Shown: piece after piece, positions 28,344 to 37,780 of the stretch
Numbering within the stretch: position 1 is the stretch's first letter
Layout of the letters: every line of letters starts with the position of its first letter
From: Bacteroidales bacterium
GTDB taxonomy: Bacteria; Bacteroidota; Bacteroidia; Bacteroidales; WCHB1-69
Length of the DNA stretch: 63,013 bases
Assembly: GCA_028703095.1 (NCBI GenBank)
Contig: JAQVNO010000001.1
Coordinates: 1-63,013, forward strand
Direction: 5' to 3'
Notes under the pieces: generated by a model
Told to the model about the DNA's origin: nothing
The model's database searches: none
What the model saw: only the letters and a program-made list of their open reading frames with translations
Made by a program: the position numbers and the translations under genes

Positions 28344-29579
28344 TTACTCTTTTTTTTTCGTGAAAATTCGACTATCATGTTGTTTCCTCATTTTATCTTC
28401 TTCCACAACTAAAAAATCTCTTATCTGATTCAAACTGGCGATAGGAGAATTTTGAAAAGTAAATGTGCTTACATCCTCTATCATTGTTTGTATTTTATTT
28501 GGGTAAAATTTATTCATAAACGCCAACAAACAAGCTTCATCACTCATTGAGAGCTTAGTTTGAGCATATCGAACAAATTGAAACAAACGTAAACCGTCTA
28601 TTTTATGATGGAAAGCTTTCGTAAACATAGGAATTGTTTTGTAATTATTTCGTAATTTACCCCAATTAAGGTCTACTTTACAATTGTTTTTCTGAAATTC
28701 AAGAAACTCATTTTCTATATCTTTAGTAAAAAGTTCGTCAATCAACAGATAAGTTTTATAAATATTGTCAAAAGAACTAAAATGAAAAAACGGATAGCGT
28801 CGATATGTATTTTTTTGAAAATCAGCCAAGGCTGTTCCTGTTCCAAACGCTACTCTTTCGGAAAAACGCGAGGAAGGGAATACATTGACATCGGTATGCA
28901 ATTTAATTTTTCCATATTTAGCCATTTTTTGGAGAAAATAAAAATCTTCTCCGGCGATTTGTGTATCGAAGCCTCTCACCGCCTTATAATCTTTTATCTT
29001 ACATGCAATGGCAGAACCAAAAGCAGCAAACGCATAAGGGCTATTGACATGCAACATATTAAGCATGAAATTTCGCAAATACAATTCATAACGAAGTAAC
29101 GCTCTATCCTGAGTTTCATTTCCACTTAAACTGTGATAATAAGGGAGATTCATAGCTACTGCTTCCGGAAAAGAATGAAAATTATGTACAATTTCTTGCA
29201 CAAAATTATTTTCAAATAAAGTATCTGCATCCATACTGATAAAAATATCAGTATCGGAAGCATACATAAGAATTTCATCCGCAATTGTTTTACGAGCAAT
29301 CCCGACTCCACTCTTTTTATCTGACCATCCATTTTCTTTTCTTGTTTTATCAATGAGATGGATATCCAAACCTCGATATCCTTGCTCTAATTGATGAAAT
29401 AATTCTTCATTTCGTACACATATCAAAAATTTATCGGAAATATTCCACCAAGAATCAGGTTGGTTCACACAAATATAAACGAATATTTTACCATTATAAC
29501 TTTGTTCAGCTATACAATCAAGCGTTTTAAATAAAAAATCATTTTCATCTAAAACCGGAATGGCAAAATAAACATCCAT
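28344..29579 (-). CDS. glycosyltransferase family 2
   Basis: VYFAIPVLDE and the DADTLF (DxD) motif. I moved the start from TTG 29630 to ATG 29579 because the sodB terminator hairpin occupies 29604-29635. Confidence 0.8.
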   Translation of the reverse strand: MDVYFAIPVLDENDFLFKTLDCIAEQSYNGKIFVYICVNQPDSWWNISDKFLICVRNEELFHQLEQGYRGLDIHLIDKTRKENGWSDKKSGVGIARKTIADEILMYASDTDIFISMDADTLFENNFVQEIVHNFHSFPEAVAMNLPYYHSLSGNETQDRALLRYELYLRNFMLNMLHVNSPYAFAAFGSAIACKIKDYKAVRGFDTQIAGEDFYFLQKMAKYGKIKLHTDVNVFPSSRFSERVAFGTGTALADFQKNTYRRYPFFHFSSFDNIYKTYLLIDELFTKDIENEFLEFQKNNCKVDLNWGKLRNNYKTIPMFTKAFHHKIDGLRLFQFVRYAQTKLSMSDEACLLAFMNKFYPNKIQTMIEDVSTFTFQNSPIASLNQIRDFLVVEEDKMRKQHDSRIFTKKKE

Positions 29580-29603
29580 TTGTTTTACATTGTTAATATA
29601 AAG

Positions 29604-29635
29604 AAAGGTTGCCGAAAATAGTTCCGGCAACCTTT
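29604..29635 (-). terminator. Rho-independent terminator after the SOD gene
   Basis: An 11-bp perfect stem aaaggttgccg / cggcaaccttt with a 10-nt loop. On the minus strand a T-rich tail (tttctttat) follows. Confidence 0.65.
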
Positions 29636-29657
29636 TATTTTTTATAATTGATTATAT

Positions 29658-30236
29658 TTAATTAAAGCGTATGTTAATCTCATCCCAATTCAGGATACTC
29701 CACAATGCATTTAAATAATCTGGTCGACGATTTTGGTAATCTAAATAATAAGCATGCTCCCAAACATCAAAAGTAAGTATTGGTTTTAATCCATTTGTCA
29801 AAGGAGTTCCTGCATTACTTTCTTTCATAATTTCTAACTTACCATCTTTGTGCTTAACTAGCCAAGCCCAACCCGATCCGAAAAGGCCTGCTGCTGCTGT
29901 ATTAAACTCTTTTTTAAAATTATCCAATGTATCCCATTGCTTTTCAATCGCTTCTAACAGCGATTGCGATGGACTACCTTTACCTTTAGGCGAAAATTGA
30001 TAAAAGTAAAATGTGTGATTCCAAACTTGAGCAGCATTATTAAAAATTCCTCCTTCGGAAGTTTTAATAATATGTTCTAACGTTTCTTGTTCAAAGGCTG
30101 TGTTTTTTATTAAATTATTCAAATTATTTACATACGCCTGATGATGCTTCCCATAATGGAATTCTATCGTCTTTTGAGTAATAATCGGTTCCAAAGCATT
30201 TAATTCGTACGGTAGTTTCGGTAATTCATGTATCAT
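29658..30236 (-). CDS. sodB: Fe/Mn superoxide dismutase (Fe-type signature)
   Basis: FHYGKHHQAYV, AAQVWNHTFYF and DVWEHAYYLDYQNRR. Confidence 0.93.
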   Translation of the reverse strand: MIHELPKLPYELNALEPIITQKTIEFHYGKHHQAYVNNLNNLIKNTAFEQETLEHIIKTSEGGIFNNAAQVWNHTFYFYQFSPKGKGSPSQSLLEAIEKQWDTLDNFKKEFNTAAAGLFGSGWAWLVKHKDGKLEIMKESNAGTPLTNGLKPILTFDVWEHAYYLDYQNRRPDYLNALWSILNWDEINIRFN

Positions 30237-30257
30237 AATTCTTTTATTTATTATTAA

Positions 30258-30310
30258 AGGTGCCGTTTCATCTTAATTGCCCCTAAGTAGCACCTGTTTT
30301 TACTCGGGGC
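30258..30310 (-). promoter_or_regulatory. structured 5' leader of the SOD gene (two interleaved GC stems, pseudoknot-capable)
   Basis: aggtgc (30258-63) pairs with gcacct (30290-95). gcccc (30279-83) pairs with ggggc (30306-10). The arms interleave, and this is the only GC-rich patch in the spacer. Confidence 0.4.
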
Positions 30311-30319
30311 GATTTTCTG

Positions 30320-30327
30320 CAAAAATA
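30320..30327 (-). promoter_or_regulatory. -7 promoter box for the SOD gene
   Basis: caaaaata on + equals TAttTTTG on the minus strand, 84 nt upstream of start 30236. Confidence 0.5.
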
Positions 30328-30451
30328 CAATTTTATTTTTTAATTAACAACACTCTGATTATTGTTCATTATCTTTTTTACTTTATTATAAATGCACAAT
30401 AAGACAATTAAATAATATCAAAAAAAAATCAAAATGAAACATAAAAATGAG

Positions 30452-30459
30452 TACTTTTG
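30452..30459 (+). promoter_or_regulatory. -7 promoter box for the RluB-like gene
   Basis: tacttttg within gagtacttttgcaa, 27 nt before TTG 30486. Confidence 0.55.
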
Positions 30460-30485
30460 CAATTCTTGATATTTTGACATAAAAA

Positions 30486-31838
30486 TTGTTTACAACAACG
30501 TACCTTACGCATCAATTTATTAAGGTGAAATTAAACATAAAACACAGAAATAAAGTGGTATACGTAAAGAAAAGAAAAGATTCAGACGAAAATTCTTCAG
30601 ATGAATCGCAAAGCAAAAAAACTCCCCGAAAACAGGGTAAAAATCCCTTAAAAATCGCATTGACATCCGAAAAAAACGAAAAGCGGAAAGTACGGAAAGA
30701 TTTTTTCAACAAAAACCAGTCCGATTCAAAAGCTCGTTTTAGTAAAGATAATACTCGTAAATCATCAGAAAGAGCAACAAATGATGATGACAAAAAAGTT
30801 AAGCGATATGATCGAAATGAGAACAATAGATTTTGCAAAGACAATGACAGGTATTCACGCAGAAGTGAAGGTACAACAAATAAACCTTTTCGTAACGCCG
30901 GTGATGAAAATGAAAAACGTCCTTATAGAAGTAAAGAACGTCCTCCTTACGAAAGAGACAATCGAGACAGAAACCGAAGAGAAGATAGCAATCGATCTCA
31001 AAAACCACGAAAAAGAAATGTTACTGCTGAATCCGATATTTTATCGGATATTATACACATAAGACGTTCAGAAGGACGTGGTAGTGAACGTAAACCTAAA
31101 ATACTCTCATTATCTTGGAGTGAAGAACGAGGACCTATCCGCTTAAACAAATATATCGCTAATGCCGGAATTTGTTCCCGTCGTGATGCTGATAAACTTA
31201 TAGAAGCGGGGGCAGTTAAAGTGAACGGAATCGTTATTACTGAGCTGGGTACCAAAGTTATGCCTATCGATGAAGTACGTTATGAAGACAAAATACTTCA
31301 AAGAGAAAAACCCGTTTATATTCTTCTTAATAAGCCTAAAGACTATATTACTACTACCGATGATGAAAAAGACAGAAATCATGTAATGATGTTGATTGAG
31401 GACGCTTGTCAAGAACGTGTGTATCCTGTAGGTCGTTTAGACCGAAACACAACTGGTCTGCTACTATTTACCAACGATGGTGAAATGGCAAAAAGACTTA
31501 CCCACCCACGTTATGGCGTACGAAAAATTTATCATGTAGAATTAGACAAAAATCTTACATTAGAAGATTTCGAAAAAATAGTTTCCGGCATTGAATTGCG
31601 TGACGGTCTCATGATTCCGGATGAAGTAGCCTATGTAGGTGACAGTAAAAAAGAAATTGGGATAACCATACATTCAGGAAAAAACAGAGTTGTAAGGCGT
31701 ATTTTTGAACAATTGGGTTATAACATTGAAAAGTTAGACCGTGTTTCTTATGCCGGTTTAACAAAAAAAGATGTACCCAGAGGTCATTGGCGCTTTCTAA
31801 AAAAAGAAGAAATCAATATTTTAAAAATGAGTACATAA
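30486..31838 (+). CDS. RsuA/RluB-family pseudouridine synthase with ~215-aa Lys/Arg/Asp-rich N-terminal extension
   Basis: An S4 domain (IRLNKYIANAGICSRRDADKLI) and the catalytic motif GRLDRNTTGLLLFTNDG. There is no in-frame ATG before the S4 domain, so the start is TTG/GTG and uncertain. Confidence 0.85.
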   Translation: MFTTTYLTHQFIKVKLNIKHRNKVVYVKKRKDSDENSSDESQSKKTPRKQGKNPLKIALTSEKNEKRKVRKDFFNKNQSDSKARFSKDNTRKSSERATNDDDKKVKRYDRNENNRFCKDNDRYSRRSEGTTNKPFRNAGDENEKRPYRSKERPPYERDNRDRNRREDSNRSQKPRKRNVTAESDILSDIIHIRRSEGRGSERKPKILSLSWSEERGPIRLNKYIANAGICSRRDADKLIEAGAVKVNGIVITELGTKVMPIDEVRYEDKILQREKPVYILLNKPKDYITTTDDEKDRNHVMMLIEDACQERVYPVGRLDRNTTGLLLFTNDGEMAKRLTHPRYGVRKIYHVELDKNLTLEDFEKIVSGIELRDGLMIPDEVAYVGDSKKEIGITIHSGKNRVVRRIFEQLGYNIEKLDRVSYAGLTKKDVPRGHWRFLKKEEINILKMST

Positions 31839-31844
31839 ATCAAT

Positions 31845-32627
31845 ATGTTTACCTTTTATAAATACCACGGAGCAGGCAACGATTTTATCATTATTCACAA
31901 CAGCTCGCTCGATTTCAATGATAATCCCGATTATATTCGCACTTTGTGTCAACGGAGGACAGGTATAGGTGCCGACGGCTTAATCCTGATTAATCCTACA
32001 CAAAAACAAGGCGTTGATTTCAAAATGCGTTATTTCAATGCCGACGGCTACGAAGGCAGTATGTGTGGCAACGGCGGACGTTGTGCCCTTGCCTTTGCTC
32101 ATAAACGAGGAGTCGTAAAAGAAAAAGGCGTATTTATGGGCATGGACGGCATACATAAAGGATTTATTATTAAAGAATTAGAAAATGGCGTTGAAGTATC
32201 ACTTCATATGATAGATGTAGCAGACATAGTCGCTTTTGAAGATGGATATTTTCTCAATACCGGCTCACCCCATGTGGTCAAGTTCGTCGACGATATCCAT
32301 CGTTTGGATGTAATCAGCGAAGGCAAGCGCATCAGGCATCACAGCAACTTCCCCCAAGGCTCCAATGTTAATTTTGTTGAAATAAAAGAAGATTATATCT
32401 TTGTCAGAACCTTTGAACGCGGTGTAGAAGACGAAACCCTCTCCTGTGGCACCGGCGTAACCGCCGCCTCCCTCGCCTATTCCCTACTCCATCCCTGCCT
32501 TGACGTTAAGGTTAAAACAAGAGGCGGACATTTTAAAGTTAGTTTTTTAAAAGATAATAATAACTTTAAAAATATAATGTTAGAAGGTCCTGTTTGCTTT
32601 GTTTTTGAAGGCATTATAAATATATAA
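31845..32627 (+). CDS. dapF: diaminopimelate epimerase
   Basis: YHGAGNDF, plus catalytic Cys motifs MCGNGGRC and SCGTG. Confidence 0.93.
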   Translation: MFTFYKYHGAGNDFIIIHNSSLDFNDNPDYIRTLCQRRTGIGADGLILINPTQKQGVDFKMRYFNADGYEGSMCGNGGRCALAFAHKRGVVKEKGVFMGMDGIHKGFIIKELENGVEVSLHMIDVADIVAFEDGYFLNTGSPHVVKFVDDIHRLDVISEGKRIRHHSNFPQGSNVNFVEIKEDYIFVRTFERGVEDETLSCGTGVTAASLAYSLLHPCLDVKVKTRGGHFKVSFLKDNNNFKNIMLEGPVCFVFEGIINI

Positions 32628-32657
32628 AATTTTGATTTTATGTTTTTTTAATATCCT

Positions 32658-32936
32658 CTATTCAATAACAATTCCATTTGAATCGGAAGTACATTCAACA
32701 GTTACAGTTTTTTCTTCACATTTGTTAAATTGTTCTTCATCAACTTTTATAAATCCGCTATCAAAAAAATGAACCTTGACGCTTGATGTAGCATCTTCCA
32801 ATTGTCCTTGTTCAGGCAAGCATTCATATATTGTTTGGTCATTGATTTTTTTTACAAATATCAACGAACTGATAACAACAAATAAGATGATAACAGTTGA
32901 TGTAATTATTAATATTTTATTCGTTACTTTTTTCAT
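32658..32936 (-). CDS. small N-terminally membrane-anchored protein
   Basis: 92 aa with one TM helix. It overlaps the GntR gene end by 20 nt and is the last gene of the ABC-GntR unit. Confidence 0.5.
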   Translation of the reverse strand: MKKVTNKILIITSTVIILFVVISSLIFVKKINDQTIYECLPEQGQLEDATSSVKVHFFDSGFIKVDEEQFNKCEEKTVTVECTSDSNGIVIE

Positions 32937-33324
32937 ACGTATTATCGTTTAAAGATAAATATTGACTGTATTGAAACTCATTGTATTTTTCTTCAATTTC
33001 ATTAATTTTAATTCCGAGTAAATGCATATTTTTAATTATATGCGGCAACTCTTCTTCCAAAAATCTTTGTTTACGAAACGTTAAAATTCTTACTGAAGCA
33101 TTTTGATCTACAAAAAAACCTATTCCTCTTTTATTGAGTAAAATTTGCTGTTTTAATAAAGTATCGTAGGCACGCATGACTGTGTTAGGATTCACTTCGA
33201 GTTTCACGGCTAATTCGCGTACCGACAACACCCTTATGCCGGATTGCCAATGGCCATTAAGAATGTGATCGCACACATAATCGGCTATTTGTAAATAGAT
33301 GGCTTGTTTTTCTTTAAATTCCAT
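32917..33324 (-). CDS. GntR-family transcriptional regulator (short YtrA-like type)
   Basis: A winged HTH: LSVRELAVKLEVNPNTVMRAYDTL. It is only 135 aa, i.e. it lacks a large effector domain. Confidence 0.85.
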   Translation of the reverse strand: MEFKEKQAIYLQIADYVCDHILNGHWQSGIRVLSVRELAVKLEVNPNTVMRAYDTLLKQQILLNKRGIGFFVDQNASVRILTFRKQRFLEEELPHIIKNMHLLGIKINEIEEKYNEFQYSQYLSLNDNTYEKSNE

Positions 33325-33325
33325 A

Positions 33326-34042
33326 TTAAACCTCCATTTCTTTTAATCTGAAATAACTAAGTATCCAAAAATAAAATAGAATGCTTAATTTTATAAATAT
33401 CAAAACATAATTCCTTATTTCATTTATTTTCGACAAAAACTCTTCAGTAATTAATACCGTAAGCATAGCATTATTTTCTAAGTTTTTATAAAACACAAAC
33501 AACACCACTGATAACAAAAACAAGAAAAAAACTATTACACTTAATAAAGTTTTAAAAAACGGGGACTTCATAAAATAGATTGAACCGAACATCACAACAG
33601 CTTGTATCGATAATAATGACAAAACAGGAATGGAATTAATCATATTCTTACATTGATACATACTTTCCAAAACTATATCAAATTTATCAATAAAAAACGA
33701 GACTATTATTCCTCTACATACAATACCAATGAAAAAGAACACTAACAATATCAATGGATAATATACATGTATCAATATTGCGTTCACACTTAACTTTTCA
33801 AAGATACTTGCAGGTATCATCAAAAAATGTGTTCTTTGTAAAACACTCAAATTAACAGCAAAAAGTTTAAATGAATACACAATCACTAAAAAAGAAAAAA
33901 CAAACAAAGGAGTTTGATGTGATCGGCTTATCAATGTTAATAAAAAAATTATCAGTCCTAAAATCAAATCTATTTTCCAATTTTCAATAAAATATCTATT
34001 TAACAAAGATTTTACTCGTATAAATGAAAATTTCGCATCCAT
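33326..34042 (-). CDS. polytopic membrane protein (probable permease partner of the ABC ATPase)
   Basis: 238 aa with about six TM helices, tightly packed between the ATPase and GntR genes. Confidence 0.6.
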   Translation of the reverse strand: MDAKFSFIRVKSLLNRYFIENWKIDLILGLIIFLLTLISRSHQTPLFVFSFLVIVYSFKLFAVNLSVLQRTHFLMIPASIFEKLSVNAILIHVYYPLILLVFFFIGIVCRGIIVSFFIDKFDIVLESMYQCKNMINSIPVLSLLSIQAVVMFGSIYFMKSPFFKTLLSVIVFFLFLLSVVLFVFYKNLENNAMLTVLITEEFLSKINEIRNYVLIFIKLSILFYFWILSYFRLKEMEV

Positions 34043-34045
34043 ATA

Positions 34046-34894
34046 TTATTCGTTTTTAAGGTTAAAAACATCTTTCATTTTACTTTTATTTGCCATCACG
34101 GCATTAAAAAAAAGTTCTAAATCAAGTTTAGTTTCAATATGTTCATCATTTTCTTTTACGATAGCTAATCCCCGAAAATTATCTTCAGCATATAAAAAAG
34201 TTGTTTCATTAACCGGAGTTTCCAAAACATTAAATGTCAATTTTTGTGTAATGTATTCATCCGTTTCATTTATTATTATTTCACCATTGTCCAAAATAAT
34301 TACCGAATCAATCAAACTGTGTAAATCGCGAACTTGATGAGTAGAAATAATAATCGCAATATCTTCAGTTGCCACTGATGCCATCACTCGACGAAAAATA
34401 CTTTTGGAAGGTATATCCAATCCATTGGTTGGCTCGTCCAACAACAATAATTTAGTATTGCATGCTAAGGCAAAAGCAATCATTACTTTTTTTTTCTGTC
34501 CTTGAGACAATTTATTTACCAAAGCATTTTTATCTTGAATTTCAAATTCTTTTAAATAATTGTCGAATTGTTCTTTGCTGAATTTCGGATAAAATGGAGC
34601 ATACACTTTTTCAATCTGTTTAATTTTCAGATACGGAACAAATATTTCTTCGGGAAGAAAATACAAATCGTTCAACATATCCGGTTTACGAGAAGCAGCA
34701 TTATAGCCCAATACATTTACCTCTCCTTTTTGAGCGAAAAGTAATCCGGAAATTATTTTCAATAAAGAAGTTTTACCTGTTCCGTTTTTTCCTAAAAGTC
34801 CGTAAATATGACCTTGCGTCATCGTAAGGCTTAGTTCGCTAAATAAATTTTGCTTTTTTTTATACGCAAAATCAATGTTTTTAATCTCAATCAT
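34046..34894 (-). CDS. ABC transporter ATP-binding protein
   Basis: Walker A GKNGTGKTS, signature LSQGQKKK, Walker B LLLLDEPTNGLD. Confidence 0.9.
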   Translation of the reverse strand: MIEIKNIDFAYKKKQNLFSELSLTMTQGHIYGLLGKNGTGKTSLLKIISGLLFAQKGEVNVLGYNAASRKPDMLNDLYFLPEEIFVPYLKIKQIEKVYAPFYPKFSKEQFDNYLKEFEIQDKNALVNKLSQGQKKKVMIAFALACNTKLLLLDEPTNGLDIPSKSIFRRVMASVATEDIAIIISTHQVRDLHSLIDSVIILDNGEIIINETDEYITQKLTFNVLETPVNETTFLYAEDNFRGLAIVKENDEHIETKLDLELFFNAVMANKSKMKDVFNLKNE

Positions 34895-34908
34895 AGTATC
34901 CTTTTATG

Positions 34909-34930
34909 GTGTATTAGTTTATTAGTACAC
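34909..34930. promoter_or_regulatory. candidate GntR/YtrA-type operator (gtgta-N12-tacac)
   Basis: An inverted repeat lying between the -7 box (34933-40) and the start codon (34894). It overlaps the predicted transcription start. Confidence 0.35.
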
Positions 34931-34932
34931 TG

Positions 34933-34940
34933 CAAAAGTA
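34933..34940 (-). promoter_or_regulatory. -7 promoter box for the ABC-GntR unit
   Basis: caaaagta on + equals TACTTTTG on the minus strand, 39 nt upstream of start 34894. Confidence 0.55.
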
Positions 34941-35255
34941 TATGAATAATTTACATGATTTAAAAAAATATAAAAATTTTTATTGTTTGATTAAATGTAA
35001 ATTAGAAAGATAAACAAAAAAAATCAATCTCAAATAATTATATTTTTAGAATATATTTTTACTTTTTACAAATTTTAAACAACAAAAAGGTATAAATATT
35101 CGTATTAATAAGGTAATTTAAAAATTTAGACACACAAAAGCAACAGAAGCAAATCACAAATATAATCAAAAGCGATGAAAAAGTATTTTATCTAACTGAA
35201 CACATGATTTAAAAAAAAAATAAAAACAAATCTTCGTGTTTAAATTAATATATTG

Positions 35256-35263
35256 TACTTTTG
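35256..35263 (+). promoter_or_regulatory. -7 promoter box for topA
   Basis: tacttttg within ttgtacttttgca, 31 nt before ATG 35294. Confidence 0.55.
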
Positions 35264-35293
35264 CATTTATTTTAAAAATTCAAAGTTTAACTA

Positions 35294-37768
35294 ATGAGTA
35301 AAAATCTAGTCATTGTAGAATCACCTGCAAAAGCAAGAACCATTGAAAGTTTTTTAGGAAAAGACTTCATCGTCAAATCATCTATGGGGCATATCCGAGA
35401 TTTGCCTGAGAAGCAATTAGGTATTGACATAAAAAATGGATTTGAGCCAAATTATGAAGTACTCCCCAATAAAAGTAAAATTATCAACGAATTAAAACAA
35501 GCCATAAAACAAGCTGAAATAATATGGTTGGCAACTGATGAGGACAGAGAAGGAGAAGCTATATCATGGCATTTAATAGAAGCCTTAAACATACCGACTG
35601 AAAAAACAAAACGCATTGTTTTTCATGAAATTACAGAAAGCGCCATTTTGAATGCCATCAATAATTCTCGTACATTAAACCTTGATTTGGTAAATGCACA
35701 ACAAGCTCGAAGAGTATTGGATCGTTTAGTTGGCTTTGAACTTTCACCTGTTTTATGGAAAAAAGTAAAACCTTCTCTCTCTGCCGGACGAGTTCAATCG
35801 GTAACAGTGCGATTAATAGCTGAAAAAGAGAAAGAAATAAATGCATTTACTTCTACTCCACTCTATCGTGTTACAGGTCAATTTTCAGGAAATAAAGACA
35901 GCAACATACAAGCAACATTAAACACCAGCTTTAAAACACAAACTGAAGCTGAAAAATTTCTAAATCAATGTATTGATGCAATATTTACGGTCGATGCTGT
36001 CGAAAAACACCCATTAAAAAAGTCTCCTGCTCCCCCATTTACTACCTCTACATTGCAACAAGAAGCTGCACGCAAATTAAATTTTTCCGTGGCTAAAACC
36101 ATGTTGGTAGCGCAACAACTTTATGAAGCAGGACATATTACCTATATGCGTACCGATTCTTACCATTTATCTGATTTAGCATTGGGAGTTGCAAATAAAG
36201 TAATAACAGAAAATTTTGGAAAAGAATTTGCAAAAACACGGAATTTTCAAACAAAATCAAAAGGAGCTCAGGAGGCACATGAAGCCATTCGCCCCACTTA
36301 TTTAAACAAAGCATCCGTAAAAAGTGGTGATACTTCTCAAGAACGTCTATACGAATTGATTTGGAAACGTACCATTGCTTCTCAAATGAGTGATGCCAGC
36401 ATCGAAAGAACGAGTATTACAATTGACAATTCCAATGCAAAAGAAAAATTTATTGCAGTTGGGGAAGTATTACTTTTCGAAGGGTTTTTAAAAGTCTATA
36501 TGGAATCAAAAGATGAGGTAGAAGAAGAAAATAATATTGGGATTTTACCTGCCATGATTCAAGGAACAACTCTACAAATGAAACAAATTCAAGCTATTGA
36601 AAAATATTCTCAACAACCTTACCGCTATACAGAAGCAAGTTTGGTACGTAAACTGGAAGAATTGGGTATAGGTCGTCCATCTACGTATGCACCTATCATT
36701 TCAACCATTCAAAAAAGACAATATGTAATAAAAGGAAATAAAGAAGGTTTCGAACGAGCTTATAAAATTCTAACGCTTACGAATAAAAACATAACTACCT
36801 CTATAAAAAAAGAAAAAGTAGGATTTGAAAAAAACAAACTTTACCCCACCGATATCGGAAATGTAGTAAACAATTTTCTCATGCTTCATTTTGTGGATAT
36901 TATGAATTATAATTTCACAGCCGGTGTTGAAAAAGAATTTGACGATATTGCTCAAGGTAAAATTGAATGGAAAAAAATGATACACGATTTCTATCAGATT
37001 TTTCATCAACAAGTACAAACAACCATGGAAAAATCAGAAAAAGCCAGCGGCGAAAGGCTACTTGGAATAGATCCTATTTCCGGAAAAAATGTTTATGCAA
37101 AATTAGCTCGTTTTGGAGCCGTAATTCAAATCGGGAATGCAAATTCTACGGATGAATTAAAATTCGCTAAGTTACTTCCAACTCAAAGCATTGAAACTAT
37201 TACATTGGAAGAAGCTTTAAATTTACATAAACTACCTAGAACTGTAGGCTCACATAAAAATTCTGATGTTATTGTAAATATTGGACGTTTTGGACCATAC
37301 ATACATTATGAAGACAAATACTATTCAGTTCCTAAAAATGAAAATCTACTTGATATATCTCTTGACCGTTGCTTAGAAATCATTGCTGCAAAAAAAGAAA
37401 CGGATAAGGCTAAAGCACCTCGTCTCGTTGGAAAATACAACGAAATGGAAGTTTCTGTAGCTGTAGGTAAATACGGACCTTACATATTATATAATAAACA
37501 GTTTTATAAATTACCGGCAGGAACTGAAATACAAAAAATCACATTAAAAGAAGCCATCAATATAATTACGGAAATAGATGATAAAAATACTATCAAACGA
37601 TTTACTGAAGATAAAGATTTAAAAATCATTAAAGTAAAAAAAGTTTTTTACATTGCTAAAGGAGAAAATAAATATAGCATCCCCAAGGGTAAATTAGCAG
37701 AAGATTTAACATATAATGAAATTATACAACTCATAAAAGATAATTTAGCCAAAACAAAAAACAAATAA
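35294..37768 (+). CDS. topA: DNA topoisomerase I
   Basis: A Toprim domain (LVIVESPAKA, DEDREGE) and the active-site region YMRTDS. The C-terminus has GRFGPYI/GKYGPYI repeats. Confidence 0.96.
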   Translation: MSKNLVIVESPAKARTIESFLGKDFIVKSSMGHIRDLPEKQLGIDIKNGFEPNYEVLPNKSKIINELKQAIKQAEIIWLATDEDREGEAISWHLIEALNIPTEKTKRIVFHEITESAILNAINNSRTLNLDLVNAQQARRVLDRLVGFELSPVLWKKVKPSLSAGRVQSVTVRLIAEKEKEINAFTSTPLYRVTGQFSGNKDSNIQATLNTSFKTQTEAEKFLNQCIDAIFTVDAVEKHPLKKSPAPPFTTSTLQQEAARKLNFSVAKTMLVAQQLYEAGHITYMRTDSYHLSDLALGVANKVITENFGKEFAKTRNFQTKSKGAQEAHEAIRPTYLNKASVKSGDTSQERLYELIWKRTIASQMSDASIERTSITIDNSNAKEKFIAVGEVLLFEGFLKVYMESKDEVEEENNIGILPAMIQGTTLQMKQIQAIEKYSQQPYRYTEASLVRKLEELGIGRPSTYAPIISTIQKRQYVIKGNKEGFERAYKILTLTNKNITTSIKKEKVGFEKNKLYPTDIGNVVNNFLMLHFVDIMNYNFTAGVEKEFDDIAQGKIEWKKMIHDFYQIFHQQVQTTMEKSEKASGERLLGIDPISGKNVYAKLARFGAVIQIGNANSTDELKFAKLLPTQSIETITLEEALNLHKLPRTVGSHKNSDVIVNIGRFGPYIHYEDKYYSVPKNENLLDISLDRCLEIIAAKKETDKAKAPRLVGKYNEMEVSVAVGKYGPYILYNKQFYKLPAGTEIQKITLKEAINIITEIDDKNTIKRFTEDKDLKIIKVKKVFYIAKGENKYSIPKGKLAEDLTYNEIIQLIKDNLAKTKNK

Positions 37769-37780
37769 TTACCTTATCTT

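Noticed and set aside
30512-31412. Several ORFs on both strands within the basic N-terminal region of the RluB-like gene.
   Set aside because: Low-complexity A/G-rich coding sequence keeps other frames open. None has independent start signals.
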